From NCBI GenBank assembly GCA_963745835.1, contig CAVUZH010000015.1, positions 32,001-96,000 of the forward strand: a DNA stretch of 64,000 nucleotides. Reading direction: 5' to 3'. Position 1 is the stretch's first letter. Each line of letters opens with the position of its first letter. Shown one piece after another: positions 40,608 to 49,508 of the stretch. The position numbers were made by a program, and so were the translations under genes. Under the pieces are notes generated by a model. It was not told the origin of the DNA, made no database searches, and was given only the letters and a program-made list of their open reading frames with translations. This DNA is from an uncultured delta proteobacterium (lineage in GTDB: Bacteria > Desulfobacterota > Binatia > UBA9968).

Positions 40608-41315
40608 ATGAGCCAATCTGAATTTGCCGCGGCCATCGACAAGATCGTCGGCGACTATAATGATCGCCTGAAGTGGGTGTTATTTTCCAAAGATCATCTA
40701 ACCCGTGAGGCGGCTCAAGTATTGATCGAGCAATGGTCAAATTTCACGCGGCACAGCCGGCAGTGCTGGGCGCATGTCGTTGGTAACTGTCCGATTATCG
40801 AGGTGCGTAAATTTATCGTCACAGAAAACCTTTACGAGGAAGAGGCGCAGGAGGGCCACTCGCATTTTGAAATTCTCGTGCGCATGGGAATGGCCGTGGG
40901 GCTGACGCGGCACGACATTGAATTCGCCAAGCCATTGCCGACCACGGTAGTGGCGATGAATGCGTGGGAAGCGATGACTAAAAATCGCTCCTGGTATGAG
41001 GGCCTTGCGTCCAAGTCAGTGCTCGAGCGAACCAACAATCCGAACTGCGGCAACTTTTCCCATCATCAGGCCGATTACTGGACCCGCCAGTTAAATCTGT
41101 CCAAAGCGGACACGGAGTTTTGGTGGATGCACGATTCGGTGGATCAGATTCACGGCGACGGCTCGTTGAAACTTTTGGAAAAATATTTGACACGGGACGA
41201 CCAGAAGCAGGCGGCGCTGCGCGCGGCGGAAGAATCGATGATGGCCTGGACGGTCTACTTCGACGGTTTTTACTATGAAGGGGTCCGAAGAAGCGGGGCG
41301 GGCCCATTAAAGTGA
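40608..41315 (+). CDS. Heme-oxygenase-like diiron oxidase/oxygenase (CADD/PqqC/TenA-like)
   Basis: ENLYEEE...SH and HDSVDQIH metal-ligand pattern; all-helical, about 235 aa. Confidence 0.85.
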   Translation: MSQSEFAAAIDKIVGDYNDRLKWVLFSKDHLTREAAQVLIEQWSNFTRHSRQCWAHVVGNCPIIEVRKFIVTENLYEEEAQEGHSHFEILVRMGMAVGLTRHDIEFAKPLPTTVVAMNAWEAMTKNRSWYEGLASKSVLERTNNPNCGNFSHHQADYWTRQLNLSKADTEFWWMHDSVDQIHGDGSLKLLEKYLTRDDQKQAALRAAEESMMAWTVYFDGFYYEGVRRSGAGPLK

Positions 41316-41320
41316 AACGT

Positions 41321-41449
41321 GTTCCAATCGTTCAAAACGTTCAAGTCGTTCAAATCGTCTAGGAGTTGACGCACGATAACCGGATAGTTATCCGATTAAA
41401 CGGTTTGAACGTTTTGAACTAATTGAACGGTTGGAACGGGAGCGAAGCG
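41321..41449. repeat. 9-bp periodic GTTCAA inverted repeat (long hairpin)
   Basis: GTTCCAATC GTTCAAAAC GTTCAAGTC GTTCAAATC ... GGTTTGAAC GTTTTGAAC TAATTGAAC GGTTGGAAC, then GGAGCGAAGCG. Confidence 0.85.
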
Positions 41450-41467
41450 ACGATTTAGGAGTGAGCT

Positions 41468-42562
41468 ATGGCAAAAGCCGAAACCAACAAAACCCTTCAG
41501 CAATTCGACGAGGAACTCAAGCGCCAGCACATGAGCGGTCAGTGGCTTTACGAAGGGCTTTTGACCGGGTGCATCGGCGGGCCCAAGCCGCGCGGCGAGG
41601 CCTTCATCTGGCCGTGGAAAACGGTGCACGAGAAATTACTCGAGGCCTGCGACGTCTTGGAGGAGAGCTTCACGGCCCGGCGCAGTCTGTTATTCAACAA
41701 CCCCGGTCTACCAACAGGCGGCACGACTCATACCTTGCTCATGGGTATTCAGATGATCAAGCCCGGCGAGATCGCCTGGGCACACCGCCATACGTTGGCG
41801 GCGATTCGCTTCGTCGTCAAAGGCGATGGCAAGGTCTTTACTGTCGTCAATGGCGAGAAGTGTCCCATGGAGCCAAATGATTTGATTCTCACGCCGCAGT
41901 GGACGTGGCACGATCACCAGAATCCCACGGGGGAAAGCGCCGTATGGGTCGACGTGCTCGACGTGCCCTTTCTGCTTGGCCTCAACCAACCCTTTTACGA
42001 ACCCTATCCGGGCAACAAAGTACAAGCCGTTCGCGAAAAATCGAGCGACCATCTGCAGCATCGCACGGGGTGGGTAAGGCCGTCCTGGGAAGATACCAAG
42101 CAACGAAATATCCCGTTGCGCTACCGCTGGAAAGACATCGAGCCGCAGCTGCGCGTATTGGCGGATAGCCCTGGAAGTCTCTACGATGGCGTGGCTTTGG
42201 AATATGTCAATCCGATGACCGGCGGTCCGACCCTGGCGACGCTCAGTTGCTGGATTCAATTACTGCGACCTGGCGAGCGCACAAAAAAACATCGTCATAC
42301 TTCGAGCGCGGTTTATTTCGTAGTCGGCGGCAATGGCACGACGATTGTCAATGAAAAGGCGATGGACTGGACGAAGCACGATTCCTTTGCGGTGCCCAAC
42401 TGGGCATGGCATGAGCATGCGAACCGTTCGAAGTCGGAAGAGGCGATTCTGTTTTCAGTTAACGACACGCCGATTGTCCGCGCCTTTCATTTGTACCGTG
42501 AAGAACCGGAAGATTCCTTGCACACATTGGCGCCGCCACAAGTCCCGGCGATAGAAAGATGA
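41468..42562 (+). CDS. Bicupin ring-cleavage dioxygenase, gentisate 1,2-dioxygenase-like
   Basis: AWAHRHT, WTWHDH, EYVNPMTGG, HRHTSS and WAWHEH motifs. Confidence 0.9.
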   Translation: MAKAETNKTLQQFDEELKRQHMSGQWLYEGLLTGCIGGPKPRGEAFIWPWKTVHEKLLEACDVLEESFTARRSLLFNNPGLPTGGTTHTLLMGIQMIKPGEIAWAHRHTLAAIRFVVKGDGKVFTVVNGEKCPMEPNDLILTPQWTWHDHQNPTGESAVWVDVLDVPFLLGLNQPFYEPYPGNKVQAVREKSSDHLQHRTGWVRPSWEDTKQRNIPLRYRWKDIEPQLRVLADSPGSLYDGVALEYVNPMTGGPTLATLSCWIQLLRPGERTKKHRHTSSAVYFVVGGNGTTIVNEKAMDWTKHDSFAVPNWAWHEHANRSKSEEAILFSVNDTPIVRAFHLYREEPEDSLHTLAPPQVPAIER

Positions 42563-42566
42563 CAGC

Positions 42567-42640
42567 CGTTCAAATTGTTCCAGACGTTCGCAAACGTTTT
42601 GAACGGAGCGAAGCGGTTGAGCGGCTTGAACCATTTGAAC
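42567..42640. repeat. 9-bp periodic GTTCAA inverted repeat
   Basis: cgttcaaat-tgttccaga-cgttcgc ... ttgaacggagcgaagcggttgagcggcttgaaccatttgaac. Confidence 0.75.
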
Positions 42641-42664
42641 TTTTAAAGTGGAAGAAGAATACCC

Positions 42665-44092
42665 ATGGCAGATTTAAGAACATGGCTTGAAGAAGTCGAC
42701 AAGCTGGACCAACTGATAACCGTGAACGATGCCCACTGGGATCTTGAGCTGTCGACTTTGACGGAAATTATCAACGAGCGATCCAAGATTCGTCCGGCCA
42801 TTGTATTTAATAGGATCGAAGGATATCCCGACGGCTACCGCGTCGCCGTCAACCTGCTCTCGTCGCTTCAACGTCTCGCTCTTACCATGGGCATGGATCC
42901 GGGCATCAGCGAGTTCGATTTCGTTCAGCAATGGCGCCGCCAGGTCAAATCGATCGAACCGATTGAGCCGCGCAAACTTACGCATGCGCCGCTGTTTGAA
43001 AATGTTCAAAAAGCCGGCGACATCGATCTTCTCAAATTTCCGGTGCCGCGCTGGCATGAGCTTGACGGCGGGCGTTATGTCGGCACGGACGATCTTGTCG
43101 TTACCCGGGATCCTGAAGAGAACTGGGTCAATGTCGGCACCTACCGGATTATGATCCACGGACGAGATCATCTGGGTCTGCACATGTCTCCGGGAAAACA
43201 TGGGCGCGTCCATCGCGACAAATACCACCAAGCGGGCAAGCCCTTGCCGATTGCGGTTTCCTTCGGTCATCATCCGATCAACTTTTTGGTTGCCTCAACC
43301 GACGTGCCGAACCGGATCAACGAATACGCTTACGCCGGAGGCATTACCGGCAAAGCGCTCGACATCGTCGAAGGACCCTTGACCGGACTGCCGCTGCCGG
43401 CGGATGCCGAAATCGCCATCGAAGGCGAAGTGCTGCCGAACGATTTCATGCCGGAAGGGCCATTCGGTGAATGGACCGGTTACTACGCGAGCAATCAACC
43501 GGCGGTACCGGTGATTCGTGTCAAAGCGGTCTACCACCGCAATGATCCGATTCTTTGCGGCTTCCCATTGTTGAAGCCTTCCAGCGGCGACAATCTGCAC
43601 TTTTCGCTGATGCGCTCGGCGCTCATCTGGAATGCGCTGGACGAAGCCGGAGTTCCGGACGTGCAAGCGGTATGGGCGCACCCGTCGGGCGGCCGCTTCA
43701 TGACCGTGTTGTCGATCCGCCAGCGGTATCCCGGCCACGCGAAACAAGCTGCGATGATCGCCAGCCAGTGCCGCTCCGGCGCATATCTCGGCCGCTACGT
43801 CATTGTCGTTGACGACGACATCGATATCACCAAAACGGAAGAAGTCATCTGGGCGATCAGCTCGCGCTCGGATCCGGCTCAGTCGATCGACATTTTGCGG
43901 CGCTGCTGGAGCGGACCATTGGACCCGCGAATTCCCGCCGAAGAGAAAGGTTTAAGCTCGCGCGCCATCATCGATGCGACCCGCCCCTATGAATGGCGCG
44001 AGAAATTTCCCAAGGTGAGCGGCGCCAGCCGAGAGTTAAAGAGTGAGATAGGTAAAAAGTGGAATGGCTTCCTCGATGATAAGATCCGCTAA
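42665..44092 (+). CDS. UbiD-family (prFMN-dependent) decarboxylase
   Basis: NVGTYR, EGPFGEWTGYY, VVDDDID and IIDATRP motifs. Confidence 0.95.
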   Translation: MADLRTWLEEVDKLDQLITVNDAHWDLELSTLTEIINERSKIRPAIVFNRIEGYPDGYRVAVNLLSSLQRLALTMGMDPGISEFDFVQQWRRQVKSIEPIEPRKLTHAPLFENVQKAGDIDLLKFPVPRWHELDGGRYVGTDDLVVTRDPEENWVNVGTYRIMIHGRDHLGLHMSPGKHGRVHRDKYHQAGKPLPIAVSFGHHPINFLVASTDVPNRINEYAYAGGITGKALDIVEGPLTGLPLPADAEIAIEGEVLPNDFMPEGPFGEWTGYYASNQPAVPVIRVKAVYHRNDPILCGFPLLKPSSGDNLHFSLMRSALIWNALDEAGVPDVQAVWAHPSGGRFMTVLSIRQRYPGHAKQAAMIASQCRSGAYLGRYVIVVDDDIDITKTEEVIWAISSRSDPAQSIDILRRCWSGPLDPRIPAEEKGLSSRAIIDATRPYEWREKFPKVSGASRELKSEIGKKWNGFLDDKIR

Positions 44093-44187
44093 CTAAAAGG
44101 CTGCGGACACCGACTAAACACCAGTTTCAAGAAAAAACATACAGTGGATGAGAGCGGATCGAAACGCGTTCTTAGACAGCTCAGAAG

Positions 44188-45195
44188 ATGAATACGTTGG
44201 GAAGGGCGGATGCAGTTATGAAGATTCGAGCTTTCATGATTATTTCAGTTCTGCTGTTGGCAGTTTTCCCGTTTCAACCTGCGGTCCTAGCACAAGGCGC
44301 GCCTGAGCGGATTCGAATTAGTTATTCCAGCGGCGGGATGACCTCCATCGATCTCTTCATCGCGCGCGATCGAAAGTATTTCCAACAGCAGAATCTAAAC
44401 GGCGAGTTGATTCGAATGTCGGCCAATCTCGCCATCAGCGCCGGCATTTCCGGAGACGTTGATGTTCTCGGTTCCATCGGCAGCGCGATCCGTTCGATTC
44501 AGCGAGGCGCGCCTTTACGGGTTATTTCGGTAACCTTGCGCCGACCGCTGTTCTTTCTCGTCGCCCGCCCGGAGTACAGCACGGTCAAAGATCTCAAGGG
44601 TAAGACGTTGGGCATCGTCACCTTCGGCGGCAGCCAGCACACGACTGCCAAACGCTTGATCGCGCTGCACGGCCTTAATGCCGACAAGGAGCTTACTTCG
44701 ATTCAGGTTGGCGAAGAATCGATGCAGCTGCAGGCTTTGACGACCAATGCGATCCAGGTAGCGGCCATCAGCCCGCCTTATGCACAAATTGCCCGCGACA
44801 AGTTCAACATGAAGATTCTCGAAACGTCCACCGATAAGTTTGCCAGCATCCAGAATGGCGCCGCCGTGAACCTGAAGATGCTCCAGGAGAGACCGGACTT
44901 TTTAAAGCGCTTTCTGCGCGCCCGCGCTCAGGCAAACAAGTATTTTTTGGAGCGAGAAAAGGAGGCCAGCGAGCTTCTCGCCAGCATCTGGAATTCCGAT
45001 TTTAAAATCGCCAACGAAAGTTACCGGGCCTCAAAAGCAGCGTTCACCGGCACCGGCATTCCCACCGATGATGAGATCAAAGAGTACCTTGCGCTCGACG
45101 CGCAAATCATCGGCCTGCCGCAGCCGGTTCCGGCGTCGAGCGTCTTCGACTTCACCTTGCAGCGAGAAATCAATAAAGAGTTGGGAGTCAAGTGA
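44188..45195 (+). CDS. NitT/TauT-family ABC substrate-binding protein
   Basis: Signal peptide; DLKGKTLGI and VFDFTLQRE; start may be 44218. Confidence 0.9.
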   Translation: MNTLGRADAVMKIRAFMIISVLLLAVFPFQPAVLAQGAPERIRISYSSGGMTSIDLFIARDRKYFQQQNLNGELIRMSANLAISAGISGDVDVLGSIGSAIRSIQRGAPLRVISVTLRRPLFFLVARPEYSTVKDLKGKTLGIVTFGGSQHTTAKRLIALHGLNADKELTSIQVGEESMQLQALTTNAIQVAAISPPYAQIARDKFNMKILETSTDKFASIQNGAAVNLKMLQERPDFLKRFLRARAQANKYFLEREKEASELLASIWNSDFKIANESYRASKAAFTGTGIPTDDEIKEYLALDAQIIGLPQPVPASSVFDFTLQREINKELGVK

Positions 45196-45242
45196 GTCAA
45201 TTGCCCGAATGCCGTCGCAGCGCGCGAGACCCATCGCCGAAG

Positions 45243-45818
45243 CTATCTTGACTCCTTGAACCAAGTTGACGGTTCACTCTTGAATCGAATGTCGGCGAAA
45301 TTCTGATCTGCCTCTAACTCCTGAAGTTTGCGGCGCTGTTCAGCGCTCAACTGCGCTTTTGCTTTTTCGATAGAACGAATGCGCGCGATCCGTAAATCGG
45401 CGCGAATCCGTTCGATATCGCGGATCTTGGCCTCGACTCGTGGCATGTCGACCGGTTGCGCCTCAAGCAAACTGGTCAGATCCAATTCGGCGATGCGAAG
45501 ATTTGCCTCGCTTCGAATCGACTCTTTGGCAAAATCACTGCGAAGGTGCTCCAAGTGTTTAACCTGATCCGCGGTTAAACCCAGCCGTTCGCGATTGCGC
45601 AGCATCAGTGAAATAGGCGCTCGGTCTTCCGCCGAAATTTCAAAGCTAAAATTTTCTTTCAATCGGTCCAGCAGTTCGCGCAATCTGCGGCCGATACTCT
45701 CCGGCGTTAAACTTCGATCCTCTGAGCTAAAATTCGACTCACTGGCCGCCGGGAGGTTATTGGGCTGAGCTATCAAAATTAACGCCAGCAGCAATCCTAG
45801 ACTTGCGTATATCTTCAT
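45243..45818 (-). CDS. Spy/CpxP-like periplasmic helical protein
   Basis: Signal peptide; LGLTADQV and LSAEQRRKL (LTxxQ) motifs; AGGAGG RBS. Confidence 0.85.
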   Translation of the reverse strand: MKIYASLGLLLALILIAQPNNLPAASESNFSSEDRSLTPESIGRRLRELLDRLKENFSFEISAEDRAPISLMLRNRERLGLTADQVKHLEHLRSDFAKESIRSEANLRIAELDLTSLLEAQPVDMPRVEAKIRDIERIRADLRIARIRSIEKAKAQLSAEQRRKLQELEADQNFADIRFKSEPSTWFKESR

Positions 45819-45968
45819 GGTCCCTCCTTGGGCACTCGACGAAGTTAAATCTGAGCTTCTACGCGCTCGATGTCAAACCTCCCCCGGCTCACAGAGTAAA
45901 TGTGAGCGCCGTTCTTTTAGCGGTCCAAGATTCTCAAAAAAGAATTTTTGATCGCACGAAATTATCGC

Positions 45969-45997
45969 TTGACAAATCATCCAGTCAGTAACAGATT
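45969..45997 (+). promoter_or_regulatory. Putative sigma-70 promoter of the 46.0-46.4 kb unit
   Basis: TTGACA at 45969-45974, 17-nt spacer, weak -10 CAGATT. Confidence 0.4.
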
Positions 45998-46002
45998 ATA
46001 AG

Positions 46003-46366
46003 TGGATCCACTGAGCGCCGCCGGGCGCAGGGGCCAGGTGGATTGCAGATCAGAGGGCCCCACGGGAAAAGGAGGTCTTCGCTATGCAAGACGAAACTCC
46101 ACCGGGTCATCAAAGCCCGCTGCTTGCGGGCCAAGCATCCTACCGGACGAAGAAGTTCTCGCGGTAGAGCTACTGTCCGATCGCTTCAACAAATTGCCTG
46201 AAGGCAAATAGTCGCCCAGCGACTCAATAGGCGCTCATCGGCAAAATGCTCAATAGCGAGTCTGTCCGAGGATGCTCGAAGATGCGAACAGCGGGCAGTT
46301 AAAAAAGTTTTGAACGTTAGCGTCAAAAGCGCAAAAAGGCGCCCTCCCCTGAGAGGCGCCTTTTTT
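46003..46366 (+). ncRNA. Candidate structured non-coding RNA of unknown class
   Basis: A nested series of helices between 46115 and 46296, with promoter upstream and terminator downstream; no convincing long ORF. Confidence 0.55.
46333..46366. terminator. Bidirectional rho-independent terminator
   Basis: AAAAAGGCGCCCTC-CCCT-GAGAGGCGCCTTTTTT. Confidence 0.85.
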
Positions 46367-46445
46367 ATATGCCACGTTCGAGTCGATCACCTCGGTCCTG
46401 CAAGATCTTCAAATTGCTCGCGCCATTGAATCGTCTGAACCTTGA

Positions 46446-47687
46446 TCAATCCCGTGGATCCTTGAGCAACGTTATCAGCCCAACAATACCCACCGTTAGA
46501 AATGCTCCCAGCACCTGCCAGGCGATTGCATACGATCCGGTGCGATCGACGATGTAGCCAAAGATCGGTGTGCCGAGAGTTGCACAGCCGGCATTGATCG
46601 TGATCATCAGTCCCAAACCCGCGCCGGTTCTGGCTTTGCCGGCAATCTCACCGATAAGCGCGTAAGAAACTCCCTGATACCCGACCAGGCAGACGCCTGC
46701 TAAAAACAATAGAGGCAGGAGGAGATAAATCGGTGATTCCGGCTTCATCAGGCTCAGGGCGAGAATCGTGAGCGCGGACGATACACCGATGACAACCAAA
46801 ACGATTTTGCGCCGGCCGCCAAACAGCCGGTCGCTGGCAACACCCCAACCGATGCGTCCGACCATGCCGCCGGCCTGTGTTAGGGCCAAAGCCTGGCTTG
46901 CCCAGTACGGGGAAAAGCCCATCGCATCTTTCAAATAGAGCGGTGTGTAGGTGATCAAAGCCATTTGCCCGACCAGGTAAATAGCGGTGCCGCAGCTGAC
47001 CGGAAGAAGACTCCAGATGTTGAGCGGCGCTGCCGCATCATTTGCGGCACGCTCAGGAGAATCATGTTTGAACGAATCCCCGACCGGGTCGCGCCAGAAA
47101 AACCAGAACAAAAAGCCGAATAGAAAATTGATCATGCCCAGCGCAGCCAGTGCACCGCGCCAGCCGATGAGCAAGACTAGCGCAGGCGCGAGCATCGCGG
47201 TCACGACACCGCCGGCCGGTACTCCGGTCTGCTTGATGCCCATCGCCGTGGCGCGTTCGTCGCGATGAAACCAGGACATCACGCCTTTGGTCGATGCAGG
47301 ATTAAGAAAACTATAGCCAAACCCGGCAAGAAAAAAGCTGGCAAAGGCCCAAGTGAAGGAAGGCGCAAGCGCGGCCGCAAGGGTGCACAAACCTAGAATT
47401 AGATGCCCCTGCAAGGACGTCTTGCGCACGCCGAGCCGGTCGGCGAGCCATCCTGTGCCAAAGGAAGCGCCGGTCATCGCCAGGTAAAACGCCGAGAAAA
47501 ATAATCCGACTTGCGCGCGCGACAAACCCAGTTCATCTTTGTAGAAAGGCGCTAAAGTATTGATGCCGTATTGCGCGGCCGCGCCGATCACGTGAGAAGC
47601 GCTGATCAACGCGAGAATCGCCCAGCGAAAACGATCTCGCTTTGCGGATTCATCCACCGATGAATCTGCTTTCAGCCCAGGCTCCAT
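46446..47687 (-). CDS. MFS transporter
   Basis: GWLADRLGVR and GVASDRLFGGRR motif A; about 12 TM segments. Confidence 0.95.
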   Translation of the reverse strand: MEPGLKADSSVDESAKRDRFRWAILALISASHVIGAAAQYGINTLAPFYKDELGLSRAQVGLFFSAFYLAMTGASFGTGWLADRLGVRKTSLQGHLILGLCTLAAALAPSFTWAFASFFLAGFGYSFLNPASTKGVMSWFHRDERATAMGIKQTGVPAGGVVTAMLAPALVLLIGWRGALAALGMINFLFGFLFWFFWRDPVGDSFKHDSPERAANDAAAPLNIWSLLPVSCGTAIYLVGQMALITYTPLYLKDAMGFSPYWASQALALTQAGGMVGRIGWGVASDRLFGGRRKIVLVVIGVSSALTILALSLMKPESPIYLLLPLLFLAGVCLVGYQGVSYALIGEIAGKARTGAGLGLMITINAGCATLGTPIFGYIVDRTGSYAIAWQVLGAFLTVGIVGLITLLKDPRD

Positions 47688-47904
47688 CGGTCGAAGTGAC
47701 AGCGAGAAACCCACTAACCCTGAGGCGCCAAAGCAATGGGTCTGTGGCCGATAGCCGCCTAGAAACTGCACCCGCCGCAGCAGGTGACACGAAAACTATG
47801 AACCCTGAACCATGCACCATAATGAATTGGATACTATTGATTCTATGCCGTTGCGCCACCGGACCCGTCGCTTGGTAGTAGTTGCTGATTTCTAATACGA
47901 GGAT

Positions 47905-49500
47905 TCAGTCGAAGACGGTCTGGGAGTAAGGCTCGACATCGATGAAAGCTTCGATGACGCTGGGACCGTTCAGTGTCAACGCCCATTGCAGCGCGTGACT
48001 GAATTCATCAGGAGTTTTAGCCGGCCGGCATGGCACACCGAAATAATGTGGCGGCGACTCCGGCGGCGGACCGAGATGAACTCCCGAGAGATGGTAGTGC
48101 TTGCGTTCCTGCTTCACTTTCATCAAGCCCAGCCAGCCGTCGCTCAAAACGATCACCGGCACTTGCAAGCGCAAGCGGCGTGCAAGCGATAGTTCGCCCG
48201 CGGTCATCTGAAAGCCGCCGTCGCCTACCACCGCAACAACTTCTCGGTCAGGGAATACCAGCTTGGCCGCATACGCCGCCGGCATGCCATAGCCCATGGA
48301 GGACCAGCCATTGGTGGCAAGCAAGGACTTCGGACAATCGGTGCGCCATTGACTGGCGATTTGATGCGTATGCGCGCCGACATCGTAGGCAAGGATGCCA
48401 TCGGATGCGACCTTCTCACGCAAAATATCCAATACGTGATGCGCGGCAAACTGGCTGCCGGCGGGACGCAGCGCGCGATCGAATGACACACGATGTTCGC
48501 GCCAATCCTCGATAGACCATATGTTGGAAACTGGCGGAGTCTTTGCCATCGCGGTAACCGCTGCATCGAAATTACAAGCTTGATTCCAGATAAATATGAT
48601 GCTGCCATCATCCTCAGCTGCTTCGGTGCTAATGTGGATGACCGGAGTTTGGCCAACCCATTCCTCATAATTCATCTCGATCGGATCGTAACCCACCGCA
48701 ATAATCAGGTCGGCCTGATCGGTGAAACGTTTGACGTCGGTTCGGCGCGCGCGTCCGATGACGCCCGCCCAATTCAAATGGCTCTCCGGTAAAAAGCCTT
48801 TGCCATGAAGCGTCGACACGAAAGGTATCTTTTGTCGTTCGATAAACTGCAGAAGCTTGTCGGACTTGTTATGGCGGGCGAAAGTAAGTCCGGTGACCAC
48901 CAGCGGCCGCTGCGATTTATGGAGAGCTTGCGAAAGCGCTTGAGCGATCGATTCGGAACAATCCGCAAGGAGTTTCGCCTCAATCGGTTGATTGCACTCC
49001 TCGGCTCCACTTGCTAGAGCCACGTCCTCTGGCAAATCCAGATGAACCGGTCCCGGCGGTTCGTCCCCGGCAATCGCCAATGCCTGCGCCAATAATTTGC
49101 TGACCTGACGATCGCTAAAAGAAAAAGTTCTCTTGGTAATCGGCTTGAATAAGGCTTGATGATCAATGCGCATCTGAATGCGGCGGCCGAGCCAGGCGCT
49201 CGAAACATTGCACGTCAGCGCCAGCACCGGCGCGCGGTCGAGCCAGGCGCAACCCACGCCAGTGGTAAGGTTGGTCGCTCCGGGTCCCACCGTGGAAACG
49301 CACACTCCCGGACGCCCGGTCAAGTATCCAACCACCGATGCCATAAACCCTGCCGACGTTTCGCTCGCCGTCAGAATGAATTCAATGGAACTTCGCTGCA
49401 ACGATTCGATCAGCGGAAGGACCGGACCGCTGGGTACGCCGAAAACCCAGCGCACGCCTGCTTTCTCCAGCATGCCGACAATGACATCGCTATTGTTCAT
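47905..49500 (-). CDS. Thiamine-pyrophosphate-binding enzyme (acetolactate synthase-like)
   Basis: VFGVPSG, GPGATN, SSMGYGMP and GDGGF motifs. Confidence 0.9.
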   Translation of the reverse strand: MNNSDVIVGMLEKAGVRWVFGVPSGPVLPLIESLQRSSIEFILTASETSAGFMASVVGYLTGRPGVCVSTVGPGATNLTTGVGCAWLDRAPVLALTCNVSSAWLGRRIQMRIDHQALFKPITKRTFSFSDRQVSKLLAQALAIAGDEPPGPVHLDLPEDVALASGAEECNQPIEAKLLADCSESIAQALSQALHKSQRPLVVTGLTFARHNKSDKLLQFIERQKIPFVSTLHGKGFLPESHLNWAGVIGRARRTDVKRFTDQADLIIAVGYDPIEMNYEEWVGQTPVIHISTEAAEDDGSIIFIWNQACNFDAAVTAMAKTPPVSNIWSIEDWREHRVSFDRALRPAGSQFAAHHVLDILREKVASDGILAYDVGAHTHQIASQWRTDCPKSLLATNGWSSMGYGMPAAYAAKLVFPDREVVAVVGDGGFQMTAGELSLARRLRLQVPVIVLSDGWLGLMKVKQERKHYHLSGVHLGPPPESPPHYFGVPCRPAKTPDEFSHALQWALTLNGPSVIEAFIDVEPYSQTVFD

Positions 49501-49508
49501 CAGCCGCT

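Noticed and set aside
41321-41437. CRISPR array
   Set aside because: Units are 9 bp with no unique 25-40-nt spacers, the arms are inverted, and there is no cas operon.
46060-46110. Hammerhead ribozyme (GACGAAAC present)
   Set aside because: No CUGANGA core 5' of the stem.
46003-46366. Identification as tmRNA, RNase P RNA or SRP RNA
   Set aside because: No tRNA-like ends, no GAGGAAAGUCC and no SRP helix-8 motif. A 6S identity cannot be confirmed: there is no clear large central bubble and the usual gene context is absent.
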